A DNA stretch of 64,000 nucleotides from Octopus vulgaris. Taxonomy: Eukaryota. This document shows, one piece after another, positions 13,485-25,600 of this stretch; the first letter of the stretch is position 1, and every line of letters starts with the position of its first letter. Both the position numbers and the translations under genes were made by a program. The stretch is taken from the NCBI GenBank assembly GCA_951406725.2, contig OX597821.1:56296001-56360000 (forward strand). Direction: 5' to 3'. The notes under the pieces were generated by a model. The model searched no databases, had not been told where the DNA came from, and saw only the letters and a list, made by a program, of their open reading frames with translations.

Positions 13485-13540
13485 GACAAACTAAAATTAT
13501 TTGGAGGAACCATTCAAATAAAGCTATTTACGCAAGACTG
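13485..13540 (+). other. Candidate 56-nt exon (unverified)
   Basis: Long acceptor tract TTTCATTTTTCATATTTCATATTTCAG and donor CTG|GTATAT. Two frames are open (DKLKLFGGTIQIKLFTQD or QTKIIWRNHSNKAIYARL). Confidence 0.3.
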
Positions 13541-14842
13541 GTATATATATTAAGTTTAACACATGTTGCAAAACATGGAAATTTTAATCTGTAAAGATAG
13601 AAATATAATATTTTGTCAAAAATATCAATATAATCACTTTGATTTGATTCCACTCGTGTGTTCCACAGCCACTACATCGTGTTAACTGCAGGGGGAATAT
13701 CGCAGGAATTGAAATAAAGTGATTCTAATCCCCTCTTTACTTTACGAATTCTTAACAAACGAAAAATCTTTAAATGTATATTTAGAATTAATGATTGAAC
13801 ATATCTGTGACATTCGCTTATACATATTTTCTTTGAATTATCTCAAAATAAATTTTTCATGGCAATCAGACAATTTACTAAAGAACAATAAATAATAGAT
13901 AATAAAAATTTAAGTTTCATGATCAAAAAAAAACTTCATCCAAGTATTAGCATTCAATTGGTGCGACTATCCTTCGTCGTGACATCATTTTGAGTGGACT
14001 GGACCAAAGCAGTTAAATGTGTAATAACACAAGGACCAAGCTGTAAATTCATTTCGGAGACTAAATTAAAAGGAAGAGGAATGTAACAGAACGGTACTCC
14101 TTACATTTTCATGGCATATATGGTGCTGATAAAGTAAATTTGCTTGTAACTAGTAGCTAAAAAAAATAACTGATGATCCCATTTGCGCCACAGTAAAAAC
14201 AATTTATAGATAAATTCGATAAAGCAATCATCATCAATATACAAGTTGTTGATTTATTCTTCACAAAGAGATTCACGTCAATGAACGTTTTATGGTATAA
14301 CATGTAGTTTTACCCAACTAAGTGAATTTAAGTTAAAATTTATGACGTGTTAAGTCGATTATATGGAGTATAAAGAAAGTATTGCAAAACCTATGTTGCA
14401 ATGAGTGGTTTTCGCTGTTACTAAAATACAGAGTCAAGTTTGAAACTATTTATAGATGTGTTCACTTCGTAAAAGCTACAATTGAAATAGCATTTAAAAT
14501 CCACAGAAGTTGACATTAACTATGCATTATATAAAAGGCCGGTGGGTGCTGGAATCAGAAGTGAGCACGAAAAATATTGTCGTATTTGCATTGTAAATTC
14601 GAATCCTACCGGAAATTGCGTTTTATCTCTCTATGGTTGACTAAAAAAAGTACTAGTAACATACTGTGATTTGATTCAATCAACTGTACCCACTCAAATG
14701 AAAGCATGTGCTCTTGTGCCAATATCATAAATCTTTATATAAAATAGCATATTCTAATTTTAAATTAGAATATTCGATCGTAAAATTTTATACCTCGAAC
14801 CTTCAGTTCGCTTAGCATTCTTCTCGTGTTTGTCCAATACCG

Positions 14843-15102
14843 ATATGTATGTACGTATGTATGTATGTATGTACGTATGTATGTATGTATGTATGTATGT
14901 ATGTATGTATGTATGTATGTATGTATGTATGTATGTATGTATGTATCTATGTATCTATGTATAAGCATGTGGCATATGTTTGTGTATAAGTGCATGTGTG
15001 TGTGCACACGCGCATGTCTGTGTCTGCGTGTGTGTATACATGCATACATACATACACACACACACACATACACATACATACATACATACATACATACATA
15101 CA

Positions 15103-15132
<30 letters not shown>
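14843..15132. repeat. (TATG)n and (CATA)n tetranucleotide tracts in inverted orientation
   Basis: Read directly from the sequence. Confidence 0.95.
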
Positions 15133-15134
<2 letters not shown>

Positions 15135-15184
15135 CTGGATTTTGAGCTACAACCAGTACTCATGTCTTTCGCAGCTCTCTGAGG

Positions 15185-15415
15185 CAAATGAGGTTGACGC
15201 ATTTATGTTCCGTTTAGATTGTTGTAAATCGTCAATTACTAGGAAGACGTGAGGAAGGAAGAGATTCCAGGCAGAAAACGATCTGGGGAGTAAAGGATGT
15301 GAATATTGTTTAGTGTGGTGTCTGAGAGGTGGTGTCAGGATACCATGCTTGACAAGGGGAGGAGAAACCAGTGATTTGGAAGTGCTTGAGTGGGAATGGT
15401 AGGAACCAAGAATAT
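15185..15415 (-). mobile_element. CR1/L2-type LINE 3' end relic
   Basis: Minus-strand translation PPLRHHTKQYSHPLLPRSFSAWNLFLPHVFLVIDDLQQSKRNIN resembles the ORF2 C-terminal SFxPRTxxxWNxLPxxVxxxxxLxxFK motif. Confidence 0.5.
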
Positions 15416-15419
15416 ACTA

Positions 15420-15740
15420 CTGGCACTACATCGGTTACGACGACGACGGTTCCAATTGATCTGACCAATGGGACTGCTTGCTCGTGAAATTATTGTGCAC
15501 GTGGCTGAGCACTCCACTGATGTGCGTACTATTAACGTAGTTCTCAGGGAGATTCAGCGTGACAGTTTGTGACAAGGCTCGCCCTTTCAATTACAGGTGC
15601 AACTCATTTGCCAGTTGAGTGGACTGGAGCAACATGAAATAAAGCGTGTTGCTCAAGGACATATCATGCCGCCGGAAATCGAGTTCACGTCCTTACGATC
15701 GTCAACCGAATACCCTAACCACTACTCCACGCGTCCTCAT
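15420..15740 (-). mobile_element. SINE family C (tRNA-derived head plus conserved central domain)
   Basis: Reverse complement of the 46781-47068 copy (TGTCACACT..TCACGCTGAATCTCCCTGAGAACTACGTTAA, TTAATTTCACGAGCA, ACTGGAACC..CGTCGTAA). Its head has TAGTGGTTAGGG and a B-box-like motif. Confidence 0.8.
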
Positions 15741-16546
15741 GCGCCTAAAGAACCAATTATTCTAATGACTAGAAAAAGGTGATGAATGTGAGATTTCAGC
15801 GGTGATTTTATGCCAGTAGATCAATTAGGTTGTCTCGGGATGCGATCCTAAATGTCTATATGTGCAACAGTAGCATTATCCCAGAAGTGGAAGTAATAAT
15901 CCATTGTGCTCCTCACTTAATCTTTGTAGATTTTGAGCAACCGCTTGGAAATATCATGTCTCCGAGAAAAGGAAAGAAAGAGGACATGCTTTCACCTGAA
16001 AAAATACTCGTTTAGAATGAGTCCTAATATTTGGAGGGTCTATTAGGGTTCTACTTGAGCGCTGGTCATGTTTAAGTTAGATGTGTGTCTTTGTTCTGTT
16101 GAAATTGTAACAAATGTAGTTTACTTTCTTAAGTAAAATGGCGAGAGCATTGCGCGACCAATCTATTGACGATAAAATCTTATCTGTCGATAAAATATTT
16201 TACACAGATTTAACAAAATGATTTGATGCCTAAAACATCGCCGTGTTAGACTATTTCCGGTATCTTTTTTCTCATCAATTGAGAATTGATCCAGAGTGCT
16301 TTTTTTTACTCGTGAGTGACAAAATAAATGGCTGTATTCCTTGCATTTGTTTTCAAGCAAGAAAAATAGCACAACACTGACTATATATCTTGTAAAGATA
16401 TTACAATAAACAATACTTTTATCCTGATCTATTTTCATTCATGAAATATTGTGGATTATCCTTCGGCTGCTAAAAATGTACCATAGCGTTAATGGGTTAA
16501 GATGGATATAAAAATTACCTTTTGGCATCAATACAGCTTCCGTTGC

Positions 16547-16608
<62 letters not shown>

Positions 16609-16691
16609 TATATATATATATGTGTGTGTGTGTGTACCGTTGGCGATTTTTTTCCCCTGTCTTCCTTTCTCTGGATCTTTCCTTCTCCTAT

Positions 16692-16726
16692 GTTTCCGAC
16701 GAAGAGTTCCGCTCGAAACGTTAAAC
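16692..16726 (+). ncRNA. Minimal type I hammerhead-ribozyme motif (Penelope-like), core mutated
   Basis: GTTT-CCGACGA-A-GAGTTCCGCTC-GAA-ACGT-T-AAAC. Stem I is GTTT/AAAC, the CUGAnGA core has a U>C change, stem II is short and stem III is the palindrome ACGT. It lies in a repeat flanked by (TA)n/(TG)n. Confidence 0.6.
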
Positions 16727-16849
16727 CTTCCTTCTTTCTTTCTTTCCTGAGCGTCCAATAATACTATATTTGTTCCACGTCCTCGCGTTGTTATTTATAG
16801 AGAGGTTATTTATAGAGGAACAATATATGAATGTATGTATATATATATT

Positions 16850-16939
<90 letters not shown>

Positions 16940-17856
16940 CATACATTCATATATTGTTCTTCTATAAATAACTTCTGGACGGAAGTTAAGTTTTTGAACT
17001 GAATAACATTTAACATTCTCATGCATGAAAATCTTTTGTTTGAAAGTTCTTTTGTCCAGATTTCTTTGATTTGCAAATTCATATTTATAAACCATTACAT
17101 TATCTAGTTTGAAACGTATTTGGTCAAATTATTTTGTGTATCTATACTGCACTAGAAATCTTATAGACACATAATGAATTTCTGCATATTAGGCTGTATG
17201 GTCATTAAAGTTTTGTATAAAAACAGAATTTTTTGTTAATTATTTTCGTTCCTTGACGAAGATTATTACTGTAGTTTACATTTCCCTGTTCATTTAGTAT
17301 GAAGCTAAAACTGGAGGTTAGCAGCTCCTTTTGTAAATGGCAATAAAATATCTAAATATGTGACGCACCTCTATAGGTTTTAGAAGGGTGTCTTGTTTCA
17401 GTTGTGTAATCGTCTTTTACAAAACTTGTCATCAAACGACTTTAGGATTGGGCGGCCTAACACAAAATAAATGTATTACTTGTTTAAATGATAAGTGAGA
17501 ATCTAGATAAGAAAGATCTTAGATCTGATGATAGCAGTTGTATTTTAATGTTATTGTGTATATATGAAATGTTACCTTTTTCTTTCGTAGGTTCTGCTTG
17601 TCTCTATCACACTCACACACACATACATACACACCACGCACGCGCGCGCACACACACACACACATGAATATACGCCAATGCGTACACATACGCACAAGCA
17701 TGCACGCACATACGCTTTATGCACAAAATGTGTGTGTGTCTGTATGTGCATGTATGTGTTCGGCATAAGCTCCATATCTAAAGAAACTCGAGTAAATTGT
17801 GTAATAAGTTGTAGTTTGAATTAGATTATTATAGATTAAATTGTGACAATATAGAA

Positions 17857-18002
17857 CAGGCATGGGCAACTTTTATGACGAGTAGACTGCATGAGACAAG
17901 GCTTTAATCATCAGGTGGGCCGCTCTACTAAAATACTTCATGGTACGTTTTCGTTGGCATGCTATTCATGAAGTCCCGCTGACTGACGTTTGCGCATGAC
18001 AG
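17857..18002. mobile_element. 146-bp hAT (Charlie-type) MITE with 8-bp target-site duplication
   Basis: Left TIR CAGGCATGGGCAAC, degenerate right TIR GTTTGCGCATGACAG, and identical 8-bp TSD ATATAGAA at 17849-17856 and 18003-18010. Confidence 0.8.
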
Positions 18003-18954
18003 ATATAGAACATATTGTCGATCATTATTCTTTCTTATGACTTGTGCAACTGAGACATCTTTCCCTTCTGAAGATATATTTTTCCTCAAGATATTTTACG
18101 GTCTGTTTTTTTAATATCAGAGTAGTACACTAAAATTTAGTAATAATATCTTTTGCAATCTAAATATAAGCATTTCATCTTTCCTTTCATTTTTTTGTAT
18201 TTATGAGTATTTAAAAGAGATACACTATGTATACACCAATAACTCTACTCTCGATTCATTGTGTGACTATATATTAATATTTTATCGCTTTAGATTTTCA
18301 TGCATCTTCTGTCGAATGAATACAAAGTATATTTCTATTTGTAGTTTAAGGCCTCTGATGATTCAAACTAGATATATTTTGTACAGCATTCGTCAATGAT
18401 GTACACAAGTTACAAATATTTACCTCAGTGTTTTAGATACCAGTGGAATACATTCGCTCACGTCTGGTAGAGATGTACGCTAATCTATTTTTACTGCACT
18501 GTCGTCTGAGGTGTTGTAAGTAAATAGTATTGACGCCACTATTGTCGGCATGTATTTGTATATGCGTTTAATGTGTCTACCATGTAATTTACTAGCAATG
18601 TGTAATTTCTGGGTTAAACCATTTGATACGTTACTATCCCAAAAAGCTTTCAGAAACATGAACATAACATAAAGCCATTCTTTTTGTGTTTCCATTAAAC
18701 TTTGACCCTCATATTTGGTCAACTGAAACAACATATCCGCAACAGTCTTATTTTGAAATACACTGAATCGCAAAAGAAGCGCGAGACGTATGTGACTGTG
18801 AAATATGTTTTAATTTCAATATGTCAGAGATAAATTTTGATAAATCTGATAAAGTAAATTACTTTGATGCACTTTGACCGCAGTCTAGGGGTCATTGTCA
18901 TGTGTTCTGGTAGTGGGCGGATCCAGAACATCGAGATTCTAGGGCATGACATGT

Positions 18955-19953
18955 TCAATACCGTGTATGCCCTCCTTGGGAGTTCAAAACGGCCAGACAT
19001 CGTCAGTACATGGAGTGCATGAGGCAGTTCACAAAATCCATTGGCACTTCGGCCCAGATCCTGAGGAAAATTGCCTCCAGTTCTACACGAGTTGTCGGTC
19101 TTGGAACCACCTCGTTCAGTCGCCTCTGGATTTCATCCCACAGGTGTTCGGTTGGATTCAAATCCGGGCTGAGAGCCAGCCACGGCATGTTTCTGCTGTT
19201 GTGCAGATGCAGGCAGTCGATGGTAACCCTGGCTGTGTGGGAGGGAGCATTGCCCTGCTGGAACACGTGGCTATGATGGCGTGTAAAGAAAAGCACTATG
19301 TGAGGTCGTAGGATCTGGTCAACGTAGCCCTGAGCTGTAATACCATTCTCTCTTCCTGCATCAACATTTTAGAACACATGTGGTCCAATTCTCTGATTCA
19401 GGCGTATAGCACACCAAACCATGAGGTTTTGGCCACCCCACAAGTCTCTCTTCACCTTTTACGTCATACCCTCACTCTACCATCCGAGGTGGAAATGTAG
19501 AGAAGACTATCGATATCCATTGTTGATGTCGCCAATGTCAATGCTGTGTAGCCTACTGTAGTTGCACCTAACGGTAGCGGGCAATGAGGACGCCCTCGAG
19601 CAGGACGGCGGCAACGCTGGCTGTTGGTGGCTAGTCGACGTCGTACCGTGTCGTCGCTGATAGGTCACTGTCCAGTGCCAATGGTCTCGCGAGCTGCCAT
19701 GCGAGCAAATCTGAAGCGATCACGGAGGTGTACAAGGTGGATGGAGCGGTCCTGCCTGGGTGGTGTCACCCGGGGTGGGGGTGGGGGCATTGCGGGCTCG
19801 GTCTGCAGTGCTGTTGGCGTTGTTGTATCGCTATTGTAGGTGATAGATGGTGCTGACATGGACATAGTAAGCTTTCGCAACAACCAGGGCACGATGTCCT
19901 GCTTGCAATCGGGCGATGGCTTGTTCTCTCTGCGCTGCTGACAATCGGGTCAC
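18955..19953 (-). pseudogene. Tc1-family transposase pseudogene
   Basis: N-terminal HTH region (TRLSAAQREQAIARLQAG..STIY), GRPR-like RVTPPRQDR, ISDDTVRRRL, and catalytic FQQGNAPSHTA..W.ALSPDLNPTEHLWDEI..GGHTRY*. It has multiple stops and frameshifts. Confidence 0.9.
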
Positions 19954-19977
19954 ACCTGATGCACTCAGATTACGAAT

Positions 19978-22057
19978 TGATTTTATTTATCCACAAGGGA
20001 TGAACATAGAGGGTACGGCACAAGGACAGACAAACATAAAAGTGGACGTGAGGTGGAGGGTGATAAAAGTGGATGAAATATAAAATATGCGAAAGTGTAA
20101 TGACGGCTACTCGAGGCTCTCAACCCAAGCAGCTTCATTTAACTCTTTTCTTCTTTTTTTAGATTAATGTTTACCGCTTTGGAGTCTTTTTTATGTATCT
20201 CCTTTTTAAAATAAAAACACATTTCTTATTAAAATTGACTTACTTTTTAATGATCAGTGCGTTCAAGTCACTGTGGTCGGCGACTGGAGGCAGTAAATCA
20301 ATCACCACCTCCAGTCCCAACGGGTCCACATCCGACCTAAATGTCTCTCTAAGTTTCTGGAACTTCTCTTTATTAATGAGAGCACATCTCATATCTGCTG
20401 AGAAATCACCAATGGTTGGTTTCACGTTTATGATTGACTTTTGTTTTGTTATCCTTTTCGTCAGTGCTGCATTTTTTGCCTTATAAGTCATTATGAAGGC
20501 CGTTTTTCGGTGGTGGGGGGGGGGGGTTGTGTCTCTTTTGTGTCAGCAAGTGTATCTGTGTGTGACCGTTCTGAGTCTGTGTCTGGAGGGATTGGACGAA
20601 GAATCGTGTCTGTTTTATTAGGTGTTGATGGTGGTGAAATGTCCTGCGTGAATGTGGCAAACGAGTAGGTTGTTTGAGAAATGTGTGCTATCATATTGTT
20701 GGTTGTCTTTGTTTGAGTTGTGTGTGTGCTTTGTGGTTGCTGGTCTTGGTTTGCAGTTGGTAGATTTTTAGGTGGCGGATACCTTTTGTATCCATTCTTT
20801 TGCTGGCCGACCTCAACGTAGATGCTTTCAGTTGGTGATAGTTCGATGTGGGTATCTTTCATAGTTCTCTGTTCTTTCTTTGTTTTGATATGGTCTCTGT
20901 TGCTTTTTTTTCTTTTGGGATATTGTTCAGCATTAGGTTAGTCGAGTTGTTGGTCGATTTCCCCTCCTTCGGCCTGTCGTTTATTGGTAGGCTGGTGGGT
21001 TTGTCTGATCTAATGCCCTTTGGTTGAACAGATTTATGAGAAAGCTGGGTGTGGGGTGTACTACTGGTTGCAAAACCTGTGGGCACTTATCCTTTGTGTG
21101 ACCTTTTTCCCTGCATTGGTAGCACGTTGAGCTTCTGCCCCCTACTATCACTCTTAATTGATTAGATCTGTAATTTTGTCCAGATCCCTTTGGTGACTTA
21201 AATTATTACTTCCAGACCATAGCCCCAAAAGTTTAGCTGTTGTGTTTTGGTCGTTTTCAGTTTATGTAGTTCCTCTTTCATGTTTAACAAAATGGCTGCT
21301 CTCAGTCACCTCTCCTTTATCACTCGTTGGAGCTCCCCAACTCTAATTCTGGAGGTCCGTCTATCAAGGTAAGTCGGCAGTAGCACAAGTTCTGCCGACT
21401 TTAGAGGTGTAGATGAGTGTTTTATTGCTTCGTTTTCATACGTAAATCGCACCTCTACCGCATCATAACTTTTCCCCCATATTTGGCGTAAACATTTTTG
21501 GATGGCATCCTTGGAAGCCATCTCTATCTTTTTTGTTGCCATTGATAATGTTCTATAGATGATCGTCTTCTTCAGGCGATCTATAACTTTCTCTGGTGAG
21601 GTCAATCTTAAGTTCGACCCCTCCTTCTGGATTAAGACCTTATAATTGTCGAGCTCTCTCCACTAACCTGCATTCCCTCGCTGGTGACTTCGGCCATGAA
21701 AACATAACTGTCAACTTTGGTCATGGACGCGTAGCTGCCTCCGATATTGCTAATTCGAGCCTGTTTAGGCGCCTGCTCCACGACGTGGTCCTCCGATTCA
21801 CATTGGAAGTTTTCAACCTCCAAGCTGCACGGCTCTTGCATAGAAAAAACAATTCGCTTTTAAACGAAGGAAACGTTAAATGGACACAAGACTGCAACCG
21901 CAGATTGTGCGTCAAAAGACGCAGAAATAAATTTGACAACAACAGGTAATCCCAAAAGGGAAAACCCACAACAAGCAATATAACACAGGTACTTATCTCA
22001 ACAGTAGAAATAACAACAAAACCAACACAAAACGGTACAAATTGCGAATGCGCAGGA
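19978..22057 (-). mobile_element. Non-autonomous ORF1-only (HAL1-like) non-LTR retroelement with 9-bp TSD
   Basis: Direct repeat ATTACGAAT at 19969-19977 and 22058-22066. The frameshifted ORF contains GGSYASMTK, an RRM-like region, the CCHC knuckle CYQCREKGHTKDKC (about 21085-21130) and a low-complexity C-terminus. No EN or RT motifs are present. The 3' end matches SINE A tail type 2. Confidence 0.7.
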
Positions 22058-22882
22058 ATTACGAATGCCAGAAACGCAGTTCAAGTTGATTTTTATATCC
22101 CACACCTCCACGAGATGCACGTGCATTTCGGTTTCCATGACAACTGTTTGTGACTGCCATACACGGCATTCAACACAGCTGCGTTTTCGCTTCCGTTTCA
22201 GGAAAAGTTGAATGGTAATCTGCAATTTAGGTCTCAGCCATAAACCAGCATGTCTTGAAATATTTACACTTACATCCCCGAAATAAATTGCGAGAATTTA
22301 CGATATAAAAATGACATTTGAAAATTTTACGGTTCAGAGTATATTGCCAATATTTACTTACCTGCATTGATATCAAAACTATTGTCAATGGGTTACACAC
22401 AACACGACACATGTCTTTTCTTATTTTCTGGAAAAATAAAAGAAAATGATTTAATACAATATAAAGACAGAATTAAAGAATAAACATTATATTGGAATTT
22501 ACATTTAAACGGAAAAACATACTCAAACAGATTTAAACACTTTTGCGAAAAATTTACATTTATATAATTTTCTTTGCAACAACACACAAACATACACACT
22601 TTCTGAAAGGCACACATATACTCGGACACATACGCACACAGGGCTTGAAAAGTGAGACAGATTAACCAATGATAGTCTAGACAACCAGTTGACTCATGTG
22701 CCTCCGTATATGCAAACACTTTACCTTGCTTCGCTGAAGCCGTACTGGGGCACAGCTTAATATATATATATATATACACGAGTAAGCAAAACATAGATGC
22801 AAGGTGGAAAAAATAGTACTCAAATACCGAACGTAGAGTACTATGCTTCTTTTATTAAAGGTAAAATTATATATATATATTT

Positions 22883-22909
<27 letters not shown>

Positions 22910-22913
<4 letters not shown>

Positions 22914-23005
22914 AATTAAATTAGAGATAAAACCACTATTAGGCAACTCTGTTAAATTTCTGTTAAATTTTTCCCTGTAAGTTTGGATATACTCCCTAAT
23001 ATTGA

Positions 23006-23080
<75 letters not shown>
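22910..23080. repeat. Dispersed AT-rich repeat ending in (TTA)n, also present at 28030-28415
   Basis: Shared strings AAATTAAATTAGAGATAAAACCACTATTA and AAATTTTTCCCTGTAAGTTTGGATATACTCCCTAATATT. Confidence 0.75.
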
Positions 23081-23083
<3 letters not shown>

Positions 23084-23593
23084 CATATATATTCAGACCT
23101 TCATAATTATAAATGGGCACTTCTGTTAAATCGAGGAGTCACCTCACCATTTTTATACAACTGCAACCATAATTCCTTGGAGATCTGAAACCTCTACCAT
23201 CCACTCCATTACTTTCGCAGAAATAGTGGCAGAAAAGTTTGATGGATAGAGTAAGATTATACTCTGCTTGTATGAAACACGTTGAATTTCAATTATACGT
23301 ACTACATTCTGTTACAGATACTTTGATGTCCATTCATATCCAGATTTTCTGTTTGTATAAAACCTTTGATATATGGATAGTTAGTAATACATATTAATAG
23401 GATTAATATCATTAATTAATGTGAATGTCATTGTGTAATTAATTACACAGACTATATAATCAAGCAACTTTACATTTGTTTTCCAATTTTCAAACGTAAG
23501 GAAAAACAATTATTCGTATAAGTTTGATCTTCGCAAAATCATATTTCTGCTCGTTTTAATCCTGCTCCTCATCTCCTCATCTTCCTCCTCTTT

Positions 23594-23594
23594 T

Positions 23595-23641
<47 letters not shown>

Positions 23642-23686
23642 TATCATCATCAACATTATCATCATCAACACCACCACCATAATCAA

Positions 23687-23732
<46 letters not shown>

Positions 23733-23776
23733 GTCGTCGTCATCATCATCATCACTACCACCACCACCACCACCAC
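23594..23776. repeat. (CAT)n/(CAC)n trinucleotide microsatellite
   Basis: Read directly from the sequence. Confidence 0.95.
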
Positions 23777-24269
23777 ATTTTAAAACATTTTCAACAAAAT
23801 GTAGTGCAGAGACAGAAACCTCATAACACTGTTACGGTATTTATGTGATGAATCCTCTGGGATCGATTTCATTCTTTCAACTCTTCAAGAAACCAATCTT
23901 CAAAAGATGTGTATCAGGCATGATGACTTAGATCATAGAGAGTAAACGATGCCATTTAAACATGTGATATGGCAACAGCAGCAACACCAACAACACCAGC
24001 AACGGCAGCAGCAGTAGTAGTAGTTGTTGTTGTAGTAGTAGTAGCAGTTATATTTATACGAAATAACATTATGAAATATTTAAATGTGATACAATGAGAA
24101 AGTAATAAAGTCGATAAAATGCGGTTATTGAGATGACAACGATGGATCAAATATGATAAGATGATAAAAATATTAAAATTCCAGACACTTGTTAAGTGTG
24201 AACTGTAATAATATCGAGGTCATATTCTACAGGAAAACAATAGGAAGAGAGAAAGAGACAGGGAGACAG

Positions 24270-24300
<31 letters not shown>

Positions 24301-25049
24301 CTGTGCATAGAAGTAGTAGCAGTGGTGGTGGTGATGACGGCGGCATCGAGGATGGTGATGGCGGCGACGGCGGCAGTAGTAGTAGTAGTGGCGGATGTAT
24401 TTTTTCATTGTTGTTTGGAGTGTGCTTTGTTGTTTATTTCTCTCGATCTTAAGGCCTTAGGTTATTTATAATATGCTAGAGTACCGGAGCCGTCAACGAT
24501 GACGACGTTATTTTTGAAAAAAATAACCTATGAAAGTTGATAATTAGAAAATGAGTAAGTAAATGAAAATGCTAAAGTAACACGAAAAAAGGAAATTATA
24601 TTTATCTCAAAATACTATACAGGAATGATTCACCGCAGAAGTTCATGAAGAACCACATTTCTTGTGTAGACATGAGAAAGCACTAACAGACTTTCACCGT
24701 CTGAACTTTCAATCTGTAATTTTAAAGTGTTTCTAACCCTAACCCTAACCCAGATCAGGTCATTTCACTGCGTAGACTATAGATATATAGATAGTGCGCT
24801 AGACCACACGCTAAAGTAGCGTATTATGTTGCGATGCCGGGATAATTATCTGAATTTATGAACATCAATTATAGCATTATGAAACAATGAAGCTAGCAAA
24901 ATCAACTTCCGTACACAATAAATTTACAAAACAACTCCAGCTCCTGTCAAATGATTTAGAAAGTGTTAATCTAATAAAGAGGGACAAATTCGACAGCTTG
25001 AAATTCTAAAGTGTTACGAAAAAGGTATACACACAGAGAACACCTCATA

Positions 25050-25268
25050 TATATTGGTTCCAAATTTTAGTAGAAGGCCAGCAATTTCGGTGGAGGAGCT
25101 AAGACGATTACATCGACTCTAGTGCGCAACTGGTACTTCCGTCATCGATTGTGAAAGGACGAAAAGCAAATTCGACCACGCGGAATTTGATCTCAGAACG
25201 TAAAGACCAGCGAAATGCCGCTTAGGATTTTGCCCGGCATGCTAACGATTCTGCCAGGTCATCGCCTC
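25050..25268 (-). mobile_element. SINE family A, full-length copy
   Basis: Ends in GCCCGGCATGCTAACGATTCTGCCAG.TC..CGCCT, the reverse complement of the head. Carries tail type 1. Confidence 0.85.
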
Positions 25269-25379
25269 GGGCATCATATATGTATTTAGACAATTTTTAC
25301 TTGACTGCTTCCAAAGAAAATTCACTCGAGTGATAGGCTTGAAGTTGCTTATTATATCTAGTAATAAATATGGTCTCCT

Positions 25380-25600
25380 GCCTCTGTATTCCCTACCACT
25401 ACCACCACGAAGATCTTTTGTCTCTTGTCATCTCCACTTAGGTACTTCTGACTCACTAACCCCCTCCTCCTCTTCTCGTCACTCATATTATGTCCGCTCC
25501 CAAGACGCATATTAGATACAATATAAAGTCTTCCTTCGTAGAAAATCAGCTCTCAGAAATTCCTTCATCACAATTTATCTGCTACTGTCTACTTGTGACT
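25380..25600 (+). mobile_element. Possible CR1/L2-type LINE 3' relic
   Basis: Weak similarity (SRHSYYV..YKSSF..RNS) to the ORF2 C-terminus seen at 15185-15415. Confidence 0.3.

Larger units (their letters stand above)
18761..22339 (-). mobile_element. Tc1 (DD34E-type) DNA transposon, about 1.5 kb, interrupted by a 2.08-kb retroelement insertion
   Basis: TIRs TA|CACTGAATCGCAAAA (18761) and TTTTACGGTTCAGAG|TA (22339), TA target duplication, and a transposase pseudogene inside. Confidence 0.8.

Noticed and set aside
16130-16500. Possible piggyBac-like end (..AATGGGTTAA at about 16500)
   Set aside because: No matching TTAACCC left end or TIR partner was found.
18424-18773. 97-aa minus-strand ORF with possible splice sites
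   Set aside because: No recognisable motif. The listed start lies in the Tc1 TIR and the frame stops before the putative donor.
24733-24751. Three copies of the telomere-like repeat (CCCTAA)
   Set aside because: Too short to indicate a telomere or fusion site, and I could not delimit an associated element.
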